A stretch of 64,000 bases of DNA from Lingula anatina (GCA_051362555.1 CM120643.1:21518848-21582847); one strand, 5' to 3'. Shown: positions 32,816 to 48,189, numbered from the stretch's first letter. Program-made: numbers and translations. Notes: generated from the sequence alone by a model not told the origin.

Positions 32816-35800
32816 TAACTCCTTTAGGTTTTATCTATGGGGTTCATTTTAATCCTGTATAGAATATAATAAAAAACAACCATAGATCATCTGATTAAAG
32901 TGACATAACACCTGGCTTACATAGCTCACACAGGTAAATTACATAAATCATAGGTGAATGAGTACTATTTAATAACAGTAGATTATATGTGTCTTAAATA
33001 CTGACTGACTTCAGTTGCCATCAGGCTACCCAATATAATATGAATGATTTGTGTGAAAGCATTTTACTTTCATATGTTTAAAGAAAATAGGAAACATTTA
33101 AATATTTTGCACCAATACTTTATTGCTTGGGCACAATCTTACTGACTTAAAATATGCTAAATGTACTATTTGTGTTTGAATGATTTCAATAACGTGTAAC
33201 TCAAAACTCAATAAAATGCTCATATTGTTCAGTTTTTTGGTCAGTCTCCTTTAATATCTATGTGATGTACTTACTTGTTTATGCTGTCTGAGAAGTAATT
33301 TAAACAACATTAATATTAAATGCATGTGTTTAATATACAAAGTTCAGTATATAAACAGTTTATTCTATCCAAGATTGGTTTTAATGGGACTGATCTATAA
33401 AAATCTTTTTGCAGGAAATCTTGTTTATGCCATTTGAATTAATCGATATTGAATCACTGGAGGCAAAGGTTATATAATACACTTTTTCCACTCTCCTTAC
33501 GTGATCATAATTATATACTAAAAATTTAAGCCCAAAAAGATAATGTGTCTTGCTCATCAATTTGTACTCATTTTTACATAAAAAATTATATTTATTAACA
33601 ATGCAGTTTTCTTCACATTTTCTCAATAAGTCAATCACGTGACAACTTATTGGGTTTAATCTTAATGATTTTATGCTCATTTCAACAAATAAATATATAA
33701 GTAATTAAAAAGAAAAGAACAGAATCAAAACTAATTGACAATATAAGTTTTGTACTTGAGATATTTTAGTATTTTACTCAGACAACCGATACAACATTGT
33801 CAAAATTTATGAAACAAAAATCACGGTTCCAAGGAAGGTGATAGGGACACTCAGCTTTCAAATGAATTTCATGAAAATCCAAAATGAGGTTCACAAACAA
33901 ACTGTACTGTATCAACTGAATTCATGTGAAGTCCCCAATAACTCTGAGAGAATTGAGTCTTTGATATCATTTTTAAAATGTGAAAAAAATATTGACAGTA
34001 TCAGTAGTCATCAAATTATGAAAATATTACAATTTAAATTAACAATGGGATTGGGGGGAAATGTGTGATATTTTAATATTAATCTAGGGGAGTAGAAGTC
34101 CTATATTCACTGTTCAGAGTCAGTTTCATAATATTAAATAACACACTATAAACACTGTGACACTGAGGAAATTAGGCCATGACACAAAGTGGCACAATAA
34201 GTCAGTGATGGACCAGTGTTTTTGAAACCACTCTCTTTAGGTAAAATGGATTCTTATTTTCACCTATAATTAAGCATACCTGTGGTCTTACGTGGGTTTA
34301 TAATATCAGAAACTTCAGAGCTTCCAAACCAAAGTGGAAATGATCACTGCTATCACTAAAACACCAGGTGTGCCTTAATGAAACTTCACTGGCAATGTTT
34401 CCAGGTAATTATTGGTAAAATATAGGCACTGAACAGGTGTTTTTCTTCAAGGAAAGGATTTTTTATTTGCTATGCATTCATTAGCAGTATTTAATAAATC
34501 AAATGTTTAGATAGAGCTGGAGTTATCTGATCGACCCACTTGGAATTTCCTGGTTGGTTTTCTAGGATTATTTTGTTTGTGTATTTCTAATAACCAGGAT
34601 ATATATTTTTCCAAAGGACTTATCCATTTCAATTTTAGTACTATCTTCTCTTATGTCCAATAAATGGCTGAAGGGCAGGGATTAAGCAAAATGTTTTTTT
34701 GCATAGCATGACTTCATGTACAAAATTATGCATGAATCTGCAAGCCCTACCTTTACATGTAGCCAAAAAAAAAAGAAAGAAAGAAAGAAAAAAAAAATTA
34801 TTGGAAATTTCAACATTTTTCTTATTCACCAAGGTACACCATATCTAAAACCAATGAGAAAAACCACAATCTTAAATGGGTTTATAGACCCTAGGCTAAG
34901 TTAATGTTTAAAATAGTTTGGGCGTGATAAAGGGAAAATTGCAAAAATTTCTTTTTTAATATTTTTTCTGCTATATAAAGTACTAAAACCCACTGTAAAG
35001 CTTTAATTTAAAAGATATTGATACATTATGAAGTATATCCTTACCTTTACATCAGCGAGGTTGAGCACCAATTCCTGTTCTTTCCTTCTAGCTAACGCAT
35101 CCCTTTCCCTGACTAACTCCTCTCGTCGAAGATTACTCAGTTTTGCAGCTTCTCGCCGTGGCATCACATCCTTTAAAAGTTCTTGACACTCTGTTACATC
35201 TGGTAAACTTCCTCGGTTTCCTTTCCTTCCTTTCGGAGACTGGCTGTCTAAGGTGTATCTCTTTGGCAGCACTGCCTCCATACTGTCCTGAACACTGCTT
35301 CCTGTGGCCTGGACCTCTGCACAGACACGTTTTCGTATCCCATTCTCTATGATGTACGTCTCTGATTTATCTGGGGTTAGGCTCTCTGAGCTGAGGTGTA
35401 TACTGTTGTCTGTGGTGGGGGATTTCTTGGTTTTCTCTCCTCCCTTGCGAATAATACATGGTAAAGACGTCCGGCGCTGTAGAGGACGGGGATGTTTAGC
35501 CTCATCAGAATCGAAGCTGTCCGAGACCCCAGAGTCTGGAGTGTCACTTGTATGGCTGGTCTGGTGATCATAGATCTCCTTGCCCAGACCAGAATCTGTC
35601 TGATTAGTAGTCCTGTACTGATCAAAGTGATCATTCATTAAGGATGACTGTGTTAAGTCATTATAATGACTGTACCTGGGTGAAGGCTGCATGCCAGGCT
35701 GACCATTATTACGAGCCACATTTTCACGATATCGAACATGAGGATGTTCTGTTAATCTTTCACCACCCCCTCCATTCCCCATAGCAGGTCCTGGGGGCTG

Positions 35801-36582
35801 TGCCTGACTTTGATAGGACATTGTCATTGGTTGAATAGGTTCACGAACTTGAGGAATCATAGGGGGTGCTGGTGCACCATGTCCCAACCCACTTCCTGCA
35901 CCACCATTTTCATGGCGATGGTTTCCCAATTTGCCAGCCCCTCCAACCAACGCACAGTCTAGGGCTGAGGAAAGGGCCGAGAATGTCGCCCCACCATCTG
36001 AGCTACCTTTCCGCCCCAGAGGTGGTGTGCTTTTTGGACTTCGGTCCATGAGGGATTTGGAGCGTTGGTGAGGGTTGTGGTTATGAGCCACTGGGGTAAG
36101 GTATCCCATATCAACCTTGCCATCATTCTCTTGCAATTTCTTTTTTAAAATGTCCGTGCCTGGTGGAAAAGATGAAAAATATGAAAAATATGCATTAGCG
36201 AGATATAGATTTACAGAAAAATACAGGATACACAAATTGCTTAGATCTCTGGCCCCTTCTCAGTATTTGTCTCTATTAGTAAGCAAAACAAGTCTGATGC
36301 TTATCTTATTAATACTTATTTGATATGATTCAATTTTAACTAATGTTCATGTGTTGTCAATCTTTGTAGATAAACAAAGTTATCTTCACTCTTACCATTT
36401 CTCAAACAGAGTCTTAGAATACTGGCAATGTGCTTTCTCTCTAAACCTTCTTGTTGCTTTATGTCATGACCCGTTAATGGATATGTGAGTTACAAATTTC
36501 AGACAATCCTCAATTGTTCATTATTTATAAATTGGCAGTTTTGATTTTACCATGTAGGCCCCCCCCCCCACACACACACACA

Positions 36583-36616
<34 letters not shown>

Positions 36617-39600
36617 AGCTCTTAACACCTTGCAAATTCCATATTATTACTGCTTTTACAAGGAACAAAATGTTGGATCTTTGACCGTGAAACAATTATA
36701 GTATCCATATTGTAACAACCCAACATAATGACATATAATTAACTTACAGCATGGAAAAAAAATAATGTCTTATATTTTGTCATGGCCAATAATAAACCAA
36801 AACACCTTCCACTTTATCACAACTAGCACAATAAAGTAAAATAACACTTTCCACAATTGAACAGCTAACACAACAGAGTCACTCACCCTGCCACATCTTC
36901 AACAATGAAACACAAAACTTCTCCCTCACATTACCTGATCATGGCCCACAACAATGAAACTGACTGAATAACAGCATTAACATTGTCACAGCCTACTTCT
37001 TGTAACACTGAAACCATGCACGGTGTGACAAAATAGAATAACGATCACCCACAATGACACAAATTAAAAAACAGTACTAGTAGCTACACATAATGGAGAA
37101 AATGAACACATATGGTGGTAGCTAGCACAACAGAAAACAATACTATTGTGCACACTGTCACAGCTAACACAATGCTTCTGCTCATGTTATAACATATAAT
37201 GGAGTGAAAAAAAAAACTTCAGTGACATATACCTGGCTGGTGAAATTCTGGGGCATACTGTTTTCCACAGAGTCTTGCCAGGTCGGAATCTCTGAGGGCT
37301 TGTTGTGCAACCATTAAGGCTTGCTCTGCTTTTGTTCGTGCATTTTCCATTCTGAAATTAGGAATAAAATAGTAATGAGTAATTATCAGCATCAGCAAGA
37401 ACAGTGATTCTCTTCAGTTTGGTATAGTACTTAACTTCTTTCAATGGACTAAGAAATAGAATCGACAGTTGAATATCTAAGTTTAATGGAAGGTGGATAA
37501 TTGTATCTTGAAACAGACTTTTATTGTCCTACATCCATTGAGTCTGACACTCCTTAAAACATTTTCACATCTATCATGCTTTCACAATAGAAAGCAGTGT
37601 ACGTGTATTTTGACATATCATGTCATAATGCATGTGCATCACAACAAAATCCACTTCAAATATCTGCCAACTGCGGGGTTGTTTAAAATAGTTCACTTAA
37701 TTATAAGAGTTTGAATTAAAGTTAAACACAGTATATGATTATACAGGTGAGATTGGCAAAACAGTTTTGGCCATTTTGAATTTTTAATACTTTTTACACA
37801 GCTAGACTTTTTTCATTCAGCTGTCAAACTGCAGAAATGAAGGAATGAAGATTGAGCTTGCTTAAAAGCAGCAAGTATGAAGTAAAAAAGCTATGGGGAT
37901 GAAGGAAGTCAAATCCTAAACACAACCTTTCTTCATTTTGGCTCACAAACCAGAATAACTCTGAAAACAAACAAATCAATGGTTGCACAGGTGTTTAGAT
38001 ATGTTATTGCAAAAAATAAATGCTGACTCACTGAATTGGTGTTTCTAGACAGATTGCTCCCCTATACCTTACTTGATGAAGGGTGCACCTTACTTGATGA
38101 GGGATTTACTACTCTTAAACACAATATTTTTTCATACATATCCGTAACTTTTTGCCGTATTCTATTAAAAAAGAGACTATGACATGCAATCTTTCGACCT
38201 GCTTCAATTTAGTATTCAAACTATGAAGTGTTTTTAAAGAATTAACTATCAGCTATGAATTTATATTAATAATTTAGCCATCAACTTACAAAGTCTTGTT
38301 AAAAAATTAGCCGTCAACTAAAGTGCATTTGGTAATAATTTAGCTGTCAACTTAGGAAATTTTGTTGATATTTTAGCCATCAAGTAAGGAACTCCTCAAA
38401 CAGTATCTAATCCAGCAGATGCAGCAATGCATGTGATGCAGGAAACTCCAGTTGCAAAATGCTGGTGATTCACCAGCCTTCACATTAATCTGATCTTTTT
38501 ATATTATGTCATTTAGACCTCCAAAAAATTAGGGCAATACAGCATCTTTCAAACTCTAAAAATTGCCATTTTCATTTAAAATGTACAAAGGAAATATGGT
38601 AACATTTTATTAGCTGTGTACATTTTTAGACAATAAAGAAAAATTGCACAGTCGTTCTGGTGTTGTAAAAGTACCAATACCCTTGTTTGAGAGGATAATT
38701 TTCTTCACTCCACTTCACCTTCACAAAAGGAGCTTTTAACCATCTGTTTTTTTGGCAAACTAGCTCCTGTTTGTCTCCGGGAATTGCCCAGGGTATTGGT
38801 ACATGTGCTTTTGTACAAATATGTTTGCAAACACGACAAAAATGCTTGCTACCATATAGTTTAGAGTTCATCCCCTGGAGAAACTTGTGCTTTTATGCCC
38901 TGACTCCACCAGTTTTTTCAAGGGATTAGATGCAGATTGGAGAAAGGGATTTTCCAGGGATAGAAGAATTCACAAAAGATGAATCTGTGTCTATATTTTA
39001 TTGATCTAGCATTAAAAGAATTGCTTCTCTTTGAAGCTTCTCGCTTGACATTCATCGATGCATGGCTGATTCTCTATGTAAGCCTCCTCACCTCTCTGAT
39101 CTGATGACATTTTCAAAGAGATGCCAGTCTACTTGATGCACTTTAAGTGGCATTAGGCATTCAGCACGCATTTCACTGTCTCACACACATGCATACACAT
39201 AACACACACACATACACATAACACACACACATACACACACACACACACATACACACACACAAACTTTTACATTTCAAAGTATACATTAATCTAGGGGTTG
39301 ACTTCCACTTCCCAATATTATACATAATTGTTTTGAATATGTAGCATAAGGATCTTCAGATCTAGGCTATCTAGGTGTATTTTCTTGGAAGACATCTTGT
39401 TCAAATAAAAAAAAACTAGTCATGAAATTGATCTCTGCATGGTCACTGTTAGACCATGAAAGACAGTCATCAGCTAGGCAAGATTAGTGAATGTCAATTG
39501 GAATATTTTGTGAATTCATTTTGACTAATAATACAGTTTTTTTTTTTAATCACAATTGGCCAGAAACCTGGATTAAGGTATGCATAAATCAGTTACATCA

Positions 39601-41321
39601 CAAACATATCTTTTCTTTCATCACATATTCCATTCTTCAAGGACTATCAGCACTTCCAGGTTGGCTGTGTGTTTAGACCCTGGATGTGTACAGGTCACCT
39701 GTTTTAGTTCTGCAGACAAATCGAAGCATTCACACAAAGTTTGACTTGTATCTGCCATGTTTTTTTTTATATCGATGTTATTACTGATAAACATATTGAT
39801 TAATCAGCAACTGTAGGAAGCTTCGACCTGACATCGTGTCTTTACAGACCCACACATACAGCAACTTTTCATAATTGTCAATAAATAAATAATAGAAATG
39901 ATTTAATAATTGGATGTTTTGTTTTAGGGACACCATCAGTATATCAAACTACTGAGAAATTCAATTGTTTTGCAGATGTTTTCTTAATCAGATTACCAAC
40001 CAAATACAAAAATAACCAAGAAATTCATTTGTTTTGCTGGCACAGTTGTCCAGTTCCAGATCAAGTTGAAACTGTTGTGAACAGGGATATATTTCCTAGA
40101 TACCATGTGATATCTGGGAGGCAATAGGGGAATTCTGACACATTGTTGATTAATAATAAATGATTGGTAAGTAGAAATGTGGCCTGGTTGTAATGTAACT
40201 ATATGCTTTGGAATTGATGTAATTCGCTGAATGTCTACTTACACTACCATGCATATATATACTATTTTTACTATGGAGATGTTTGCCAGTGTCAGTGATT
40301 TTTGCCTCATTAGATAGGCAAATATAAAACAGTAGATGAGGACATTTTATTGTAAAATGTAAGACAGGAATGGAACAGTTGTTCAGTTGTCTCCCTTTGC
40401 TTGTTATACTGTTTTTTAGTTTTGTTCTGTTTGTTTGTTTGTTTTTTGCATTACTTTTTTGTGAAAAAGGGTGTACAATTGATAACTGATATTATTTGCA
40501 GCCTTACCTTGAGTTTCCAGTTTCTGCTTTTTGCAATGCAATTTCTTCAGCATGTCTGGCTGCCATAACTGCATTTTCAATACGTTCTTTTAGTTTTGAG
40601 GTTCTTACGAAAAGTTTAGTTTTCTTCCCCGAGGAGATCAATACATTATTTTTGTATTTCCCTTCTTCCCTTGTACCATCTTTAAAAGTTGTTACTCCAT
40701 AGCCGTATTTTTTGTTGTTATACCACTCTCCTTCATACTTGAGTCCATCTGTCCTTTTACTGATACCAAATCCAGAACGTTTGTCATTCTTCCATTCTCC
40801 AGCATAACTCTCAGTGGTATTAATATCTCCTATATCATCTTGGCTTATAAAACTGTGATTACTCTCCTGGTCAGTTTTCATGGAGGCATCCGTTACTCCA
40901 GACTGTACTGAATTAGCACTGATTCTGCTTATGCTGCTGATGGTGCTGCGCATAGATCCTGTAGGCCTTCCCGGCCTCGCAGCAGACTCGTTGATGTCTC
41001 CTGTACTTTTCTGTTTGCGTAGTTTTAGCCCAGAAAGAAAAGACTTCTTTAGACTGGAACGTCCATGTTTGTCAAATATGGATTTACGCCGCGTTGATAA
41101 ATCCTCCTCTGCGTGTGCTCGCAGGACAAATCCTCCACGACTCTCGTCCAGTTTTTTGTCTCTTTCTTTGACCACTTTGTCGTCTTCTTGCTCACTGCGT
41201 AGTGAGGTCAGGGAGTCCCGCATTGCCTTGGGACGATAGTGTGAAGCCAGCCCATAGGTGACGCTCTGTCGTACACCATATCCATGTCTGGTGCCTCGCA
41301 ACCACTGGCCTGCATACGTGC
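28389..41321 (-). CDS. JPH: Junctophilin, multi-exon, 5'-partial: complement(join(28389..28475,35045..36159,37233..37351,40508..41321))
   Basis: MORN repeats (TYAGQWLRGTRHGYGVRQS; YAGEWKNDKRSGFGISKRTDGLKYEGEWYNNKKYGYGVTTFKDGTREEGKYKNNVL), SRGGFVL joining region, alpha-helical domain ending APEFHQPG, divergent region, and C-terminal anchor LMMLVIAVNVSLATMFFNLLT*. All splice phases are compatible. Confidence 0.95.
30120..30365 (+). mobile_element. Decayed short Helentron/HINE-like element
   Basis: Head-like TTATCACTTC..GGTGGTTATGTTTGCA, internal ATTTTGATGAATTTTTTCAGGA, tail-like CTTGGTGGAGG..CTCTCGGAGTGCTTCCTAACT. Confidence 0.45.
30986..31350 (-). mobile_element. Decayed short Helentron/HINE-like element (reverse orientation)
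   Basis: AACTAGATAAGCACAGACAAAGAGTGCAGACCTTCGCTAAGG (reverse tail) and GGATCACCACCAAAATCTAAT (internal motif). Confidence 0.45.
32733..32814. repeat. (TAA)n(TTA)n inverted microsatellite
   Basis: A TAA run switches directly to a TTA run at ~32757. Confidence 0.95.
35045..36159 (-). CDS. JPH: Junctophilin coding exon (divergent region)
   Basis: accag|GC ACG GAC ATT ... GTA AAG|gtaag; lies within the 410-aa ORF; phases 1 and 0 match the flanking exons. Confidence 0.9.
37233..37351 (-). CDS. JPH: Junctophilin coding exon (end of alpha-helical domain)
   Basis: ttcag|A ATG GAA ... CCA G|gtata; MENARTKAEQALMVAQQALRDSDLARLCGKQYAPEFHQPG. Confidence 0.92.
38265..38390 (+). repeat. Short degenerate minisatellite (~32 bp)
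   Basis: TTAGC(C/T)(A/G)TCAA recurs four times at ~30-33 bp spacing. Confidence 0.7.
40508..41321 (-). CDS. JPH: Junctophilin coding exon (MORN repeats, joining region, start of helical domain)
   Basis: tctag|GC ACG TAT GCA ... TCA AG|gtaag. Confidence 0.95.
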
Positions 41322-43243
41322 CTAGAAAACCAGAAATAAAGTGGGTAAATAAATTGATACTTGGGCTAATTCCTTGTTATGTACATTTATCAAAAATGTA
41401 CATTATTTTTCAATGAGGATCATTGTTTTATTTTATATATAAAATCATTGAAAATAGCTGTAGCCTTTAACAAGTATATCAGCAGATAATAAATAAAATG
41501 TACAGCGTTTCACTGTAAAAAAAAAAGTTATTTTAAATGCAATGTTTCCTTCATATTTCTCCTTTTTCGCATTTGTGTTATGATTGAACTCTCACACGTG
41601 CTATTCACTATCTTAATTTTGTATCAACTAAAACTGATAATTCCCAACAGCTTTTACAATTCAATGACTGTGTTCGAATTATCTTTCCTCAAACCAAGAG
41701 AGAGTAGAATTAGCAGACATGTTGGCATGGGTTACAAAAAACAGGTGTGTTTTAACTGGCAATTTTGTCTTAAGTGGTGTACTTTGTTCTTTCTTTTTTT
41801 CTGACATGCTGTGATGACTACCAAATGAAGACTAGAGAATTCCCAGCGAGCTTAAAATTCAGCTTGGATATATATCCATTAATCTGCAATGTCACCTGAA
41901 TCCAAAGCAATTAATACATGGGACATAATTCACTTTTGTTGTCTTGTGCAGAATCAATGGAAATGTAATTGAGAAGCGACTTGACTGATTTCTAAGGTAA
42001 ATGTGACAAACAAAATGCAGCTTCTTCTTACAAAAAAATACCCATTTATTGAATCTGGTCTTTCAATTTACATTTATGAAAACAAGTGCTGAGGTTATAT
42101 GCATTTTTTAAATAAAATATTGAAGAAAATTATCAATAATCAGATACCATTTTTTTCATTTGCTGTATGTCAGTGATATGTACCAATAGAATTCAGCCAA
42201 TGGAGGGCACCAGTGCATACCAGGTACAATGAGAGTTCTGCATGGCTCGAAATGGCCTCGTGTACACAGCAAGATTATACTTGAATATAATCCCAACCAA
42301 GTCCCAACTGAGTAAGATAATTTTATTCATACTCATTGGCAACTCGTCTCAAGAGTACAGTGTAGTTAGCAGTATTAGATAAAAAGAGAGACGGGGGCCC
42401 ATTTAAGCCTCATGGGTTTCAACTTGGTTAGATACAGGGCAGATACCACAATGACTGGGTAAAAGTGGATTACTGCAAAGAAATATTAAGTCAGCATTAT
42501 GTTATGCACCGTAGTGCATAGAATAAGACATATTATATATGCAGCAATTCATAAATTTATATAATTTTACCCTAAAATATTTCTTTCCCTAAGTATCAAT
42601 CATTTAATTAACATTTTTAAACAAATAGATATACTTAAGAATTGTCAATAAACTGACTGAGCTTACAATATAAGATCTGATTTTTGCTTCACAGATAGAT
42701 GAAAAATGTTTAATATTTTAACAATGGAAGTGAAAAAGCATTATCATTGAGAAGCTATCCTAATGATGGTATATATTACAAGCAGTATATGCAGGTAGAT
42801 TTTCATTGTTTGTCAACCCATTTGGTGCTGGCATATAAATAGCTGTTGATAGTGGCTACACAGACAAGGACTATTTTCAACTGAACATAATCCTAACTTG
42901 TTTCATCATATGGCAGTGATATCTCATAGACAGTGTGCCCTAATAATTCTGTGTACACCTCATGTACAGATGCAGACACCATGGACAGGGATGGTTCTTT
43001 CAAATCACTCTTTTGGCAAGAGAAAAAAGTCCCTTCTAAATCATAATTTCCTTTACACTCATGGTCAAAGACCCATTTCTTTACAGATAAAGAAAACCTC
43101 CCTTTGAAATTACCAGCTAGGCTACAGGTCTAAGATATTTTCATCTTAGCTGAAGATTTCAAGATTTTTTTAAAAATTCAATATTTTTAACTATTTGTTA
43201 TGAATGCTTTGGGTGTTACTGGATCTTTCAGTGACCACTTCTC

Positions 43244-43274
<31 letters not shown>

Positions 43275-43972
43275 AAATAGTTACCATGTGCATAATCAAT
43301 TTCCATGCATCTGCCTACATGGAGATGTAACACCTACTTGCATCCAATAAGATATAGTGCCTAGGTTTTTTTTTGTGCCAGGTATGTTCAGCTCATGCTG
43401 TTTACTATAAATATCAGTGTTGAGAGAGTTTATTTTGAGGTCCACTGTAACTATAATTTACAGGTCTCCCTCTGTTAAAAATGTGCCCTCCATACAGTCC
43501 TGCCCCCTACTGGTTGGTTTTTAGACTAGATGTTTACATCGGACCACCATTCTTCTGTATAGATTAAGTAATTATGAATTTTCTGGCAGTGTAAGAGGGC
43601 AGTTAAGGGCAACTTAAAGTTGTACATCTTAGAAGGTACTGAAAATGTGGATTTTAATTTATTAATGTACTCTAAATAAAAACTGTTCCTAGATGTATAT
43701 AACATTTCAAAGAACACGTATATCCTTATCATATGATATGGGTTATGTTATTTAAAATGTTTGATGCTATAAAAAATAAAACGGGCATATGAAATGGCTC
43801 AGTGTGAAAGCGTGAACTATCATCAGCAGCTGAAAATGCAATTGTGCCAGCCACTGTGTTATAGTACTAGCATTTTACATCACAGCCATCATCAGCATCT
43901 TCATTGTCATCATCCATATCATCTAGAGATTTGTTTGTGATCACATCATTGAACCTTGTCATTTCCCAATTG

Positions 43973-43976
<4 letters not shown>

Positions 43977-44064
<88 letters not shown>
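43977..44064. repeat. (TA)n microsatellite
   Basis: ~44 perfect TA units. Confidence 0.98.
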
Positions 44065-44067
<3 letters not shown>

Positions 44068-47000
44068 TTTTTTAAGTTACAAGAATAATTGCTTCAAAGC
44101 AACAGTTTTTTGTACTCCAGCATTTCTGTGCAATAATGAAGAAGGTATGCCATTTATGTATTTGGTTGCTTCTTTTGTTATTCACATTAGAATGGCACTT
44201 AACAATTGCATATCACATGCATTAATGCACAGAGTTAGCAAGCCAGTATATATACACTAATGACTTTTTTCATTTTTCATTTTCCCATTTATTTTTTACA
44301 ACCGTTATCTTGCAAACAACAAACAAAGACTTTGAGGCACTTTCTGTTCTAATGGCACATTTACTTCACAGATAAAACATAGCAGAGGAAGTCTGGATCA
44401 TTAGATGAACATTATCCCATACAAGTGCATATATCTACATCAGAGTCTAAACTGCGAGGATGCTACATTTACTATCTGTATGGCAGTTACTGCACAGTCA
44501 TTAGATGGAAAATGCCATACAGACGTTAACTGAACAAGCCATGTTATTGGTTGCCATTGCGTGTGGTATAAAGTCTTCTTTGCAGGACCAGCCTGGCATT
44601 TTTTTCTTCTTTTTCTTCATTGTGACTACCTGAGTTTCTATATTGCCTGTTTCTGATAAGTCACAGACTGGCAGAGCTGAGGCAGAATAGTTGTAAAATT
44701 TCATTTGCATTAGACATAGAAGTCAAATGTAGAATTAGAAATGTAGAAATGTAGAGTTGAATGCTGCTGGTGAAATGCAAGATGTAACAATTTTATGAAC
44801 AACTGCCAATACGAAACCACAATATAAAGTAAAAAGTGCCAGTTGCAAAACACCATCATCTAATTGCAGTGTGTTTTAAGTAATTGTGTTATGCTTTTAG
44901 AAAAACCCAACCAGTGACCTACGAAGACCCATGGCCTGGGAAATCTTCCTGCTAATGCAATTGAAGGGAATTACATTAATTACATCAAAATTATGTTTTG
45001 TGTGAGCTATTACCCAATGATGCTATCAATATAAATGACACTGGATGTTCCAGAAATTGAATCAAAATTGTGAAAACATGAGACATCGTGCTCGTTTTAC
45101 ACCATACTGCTGTTTTTCTTATACAGAGATTCTAAATTAAGACTAGGAAGAAAGAAGTTCATTTCATTACATTTGAGGTCTACAATATTATTTCAGGACC
45201 TTTGACATCATTATCAAATATTTTTAGAAACCATTGCAAAGAACTCATTAAACGTAATTTTGAATTGATCCACAAATTAATATGTAGACATGGAGTGATT
45301 GCATAAAGATATTAAACTAATGAAAAATTTTCATTGGATTTATGTAGACTTTGCATACCAGTTTACCACATGCTTCTGACTACAGCAAATGTTGACCTTG
45401 AATGGATCAGTATTTTTTAATGGAATTAGTAAAAATAATACCATCTTGACTATTTTAGAACACATTCAATTACACTGTAGATTTTATCACAATGTTTTAT
45501 AAATCTGGATTTGTTTTGGTGATAAAACACTGTTACAGTAAAACTTTGTGTGACTTCTTAAGTAGCCAGTAATTACTTGATAGGTAATGTTGTATTGTTT
45601 TCCCCAGTATACAAACACTGCCTTATCAGTACAATGTTGGACTAGGCTCAAGTGAAATCATATATATTTATATGAACAACTCAAACCAAAAGTTTATCCC
45701 CAAGTGTCATGGACTTAACCATCATTGTGTTCATAACACTGAGATGATATTTTACTGTGCAAAGTCTACATTTTTTTTTCAAATCTATAAAATGTGGTGA
45801 TAATTTATGAGCAGAAAAAAATATTTGAATATAACTCAGTTGAATTCTGAAAAATAGAAAAATTTTATGCATTCACTCCTGCCACTCCTGAACAATCTTG
45901 CTTCAGTTCTCAATTATTCACATTTCTCTTCAGTAAAATTGAATTGATCTTCTGCCTCCATATATTTTTTGCAAATCATGTGATGTAAAACATAAAGAGC
46001 AACACACATTAATTTTGGAATAAAAACTTTCTTCTCTCAAAGAAATATTAATTTCATGAGACTGAGAGAGCAGTTTGAATACCATGGCCTGAACATGAAA
46101 CATTTAGGTCTGCTACCTCTTCTTCTTAAAACAAGGGTCCTGGAGAGTAGTAAGCTGTAGTAAAAACCTCCAGACTGCTGTTACTGTTTGTTTTTATTTT
46201 AACACCAAGGGTGATGGAGGACCTCTCAAAATGGCTTAATGTCCAGGACAATTACCAAACAGTTTGTTCTGATTTGTGACTCATTGTGCACATTTATTGT
46301 GAGGGTGTTTTATTTAATTTTCAGGCCAGCTACAGGACTTAAAAACCATGTTTGTGTTGTAATTTTTAAGTAGCTTGTTTGGATATCTGACTCACAACTT
46401 CTTGAGCATGATTTTGTGAGGCTGTGTGCAGCATGCAACCTCATGCGGCCTTAAAAAGAACTGTGTCTGCAGTTGCCTGATTTGTTACCACTGCCACCTT
46501 CTATTTTATTTTCTTTTATATTTCATGCAAAGATAAATTTATTCTGTAAAGAAACAGCCGAACTAATCTACAACAAAACCATAACTTCATTCATCTGTAC
46601 AACAAACACTTAAAAGTTCAAGCACCTCTTCATTTTCATGGAATGGTGTACTTTCGTGTGTTTTGGCTCACCTGAGGGATAATATTTTACAAAGCAAGCT
46701 TAGGGCCAACAGTGCTCAGGACAAGTATTACTAGCAAGCACTTGAATATTTTAAACTAAAACCTGTTATTGCATTAGTATTCAGATGCAAATTATTGTTT
46801 ATAATATTGATTGAATGCACTTAAGCCTCTTTCAAATTTTTTCGTAAAAAATGTCCAAGCTTTTGTGAAAGTTTGGGCTAGACCAGAAAACAACTTACAT
46901 ATAATAATAATCAATATAATGATACAAGATAATTTGATTATTTGATAGTGTATTAAGAATTATAAGGTTTTGTTATGCTCCATGCAAGATTTTGTGAACT

Positions 47001-48189
47001 ATTGACATGTGATTCTGTATAAATGTTGTAGTTTTTCATAAACGTCAAACCCTACAAATTCCAGTCATTTAATTTTTTTTAAGATTTATAATCTGTGAAT
47101 AAGCTTAAAGAAAAATCATTAGGCTTGAATACTACAAATTAATTTTCTAATCAAAAGAAAACAAAACACAACTTTGGAAAACTTTTTAAATTGATTAAAA
47201 TCAATTTTGTTTGTATTTATTGAAAAATTACCAAACATTTGATGCAAGTTTTCCCATTAGTAAACTTGGCCATGATAATAAATAATGGTGCAAGTACTTC
47301 CTGGTACAACAGACAACAATGAATTTTGCTGTTCAGTCACGTACATACAGAACTATTGTATTTGTCCATACGAGTCCCACTAAATATCAATGTCCCATTG
47401 TTTTTATCTGAACTGTCCCAGTGCGGTTAACCCCATAGAACTAAATTATTGTACACAGTCAAGGCTGAAAACAGTATCAATAGTGTCTTTTCATCACAGC
47501 CCTATATAGCTTTGTTAATATTTGTAGGACTAATAAACCGTTAACATGCATTAATATTACATTATACTCCACGTGTATGGCAATTGAATTGCTACTTGTT
47601 GCCCATTGCAGTTTTAATACAAGCAAAAATTTATCATTATTATTGAGATCAATTAAGAAAACATGAAAAATGCTCGCAGGAAAATGAGATGTACCAGCCA
47701 TATTTTTCCAATAATGCTCTTGATTCAATTTCACATGTGACTGGATTGGAGGCCAAGAAAAAAGTAATTTTATGCACTTGGATTTTCACCCTTGCTTATG
47801 TGCTTAGACACTTATTTTGTTCACAAAAAACTGCTCACATAAGGGTATACATCTTAAAAGGAACTAATCTTAGTGGCCTGTCTATTCATTGTCTTTGCCA
47901 GAGCAAATTATATATGGGTTGGGCTGATAAATTATTGAGATATCTCCCAGACAATGCCTGTCAGGAGTTATAAGTCAGTTTGTCCATGCAATGACTTGGG
48001 TCACTCCATGGTCCAGGCAAACTTATACTGGCACATCTCGATGACTGCCATAACATTCACATCAGTCTTAACTTAGATCTTGATGTATTCCTATCACTGT
48101 TACAGTTGGAGAGGGGAGGACACCTCATTACCTATGCTGTGGTCCAGTTGCTTATACATTTGATTGAGAAATCACCATACTTCTGGTCT

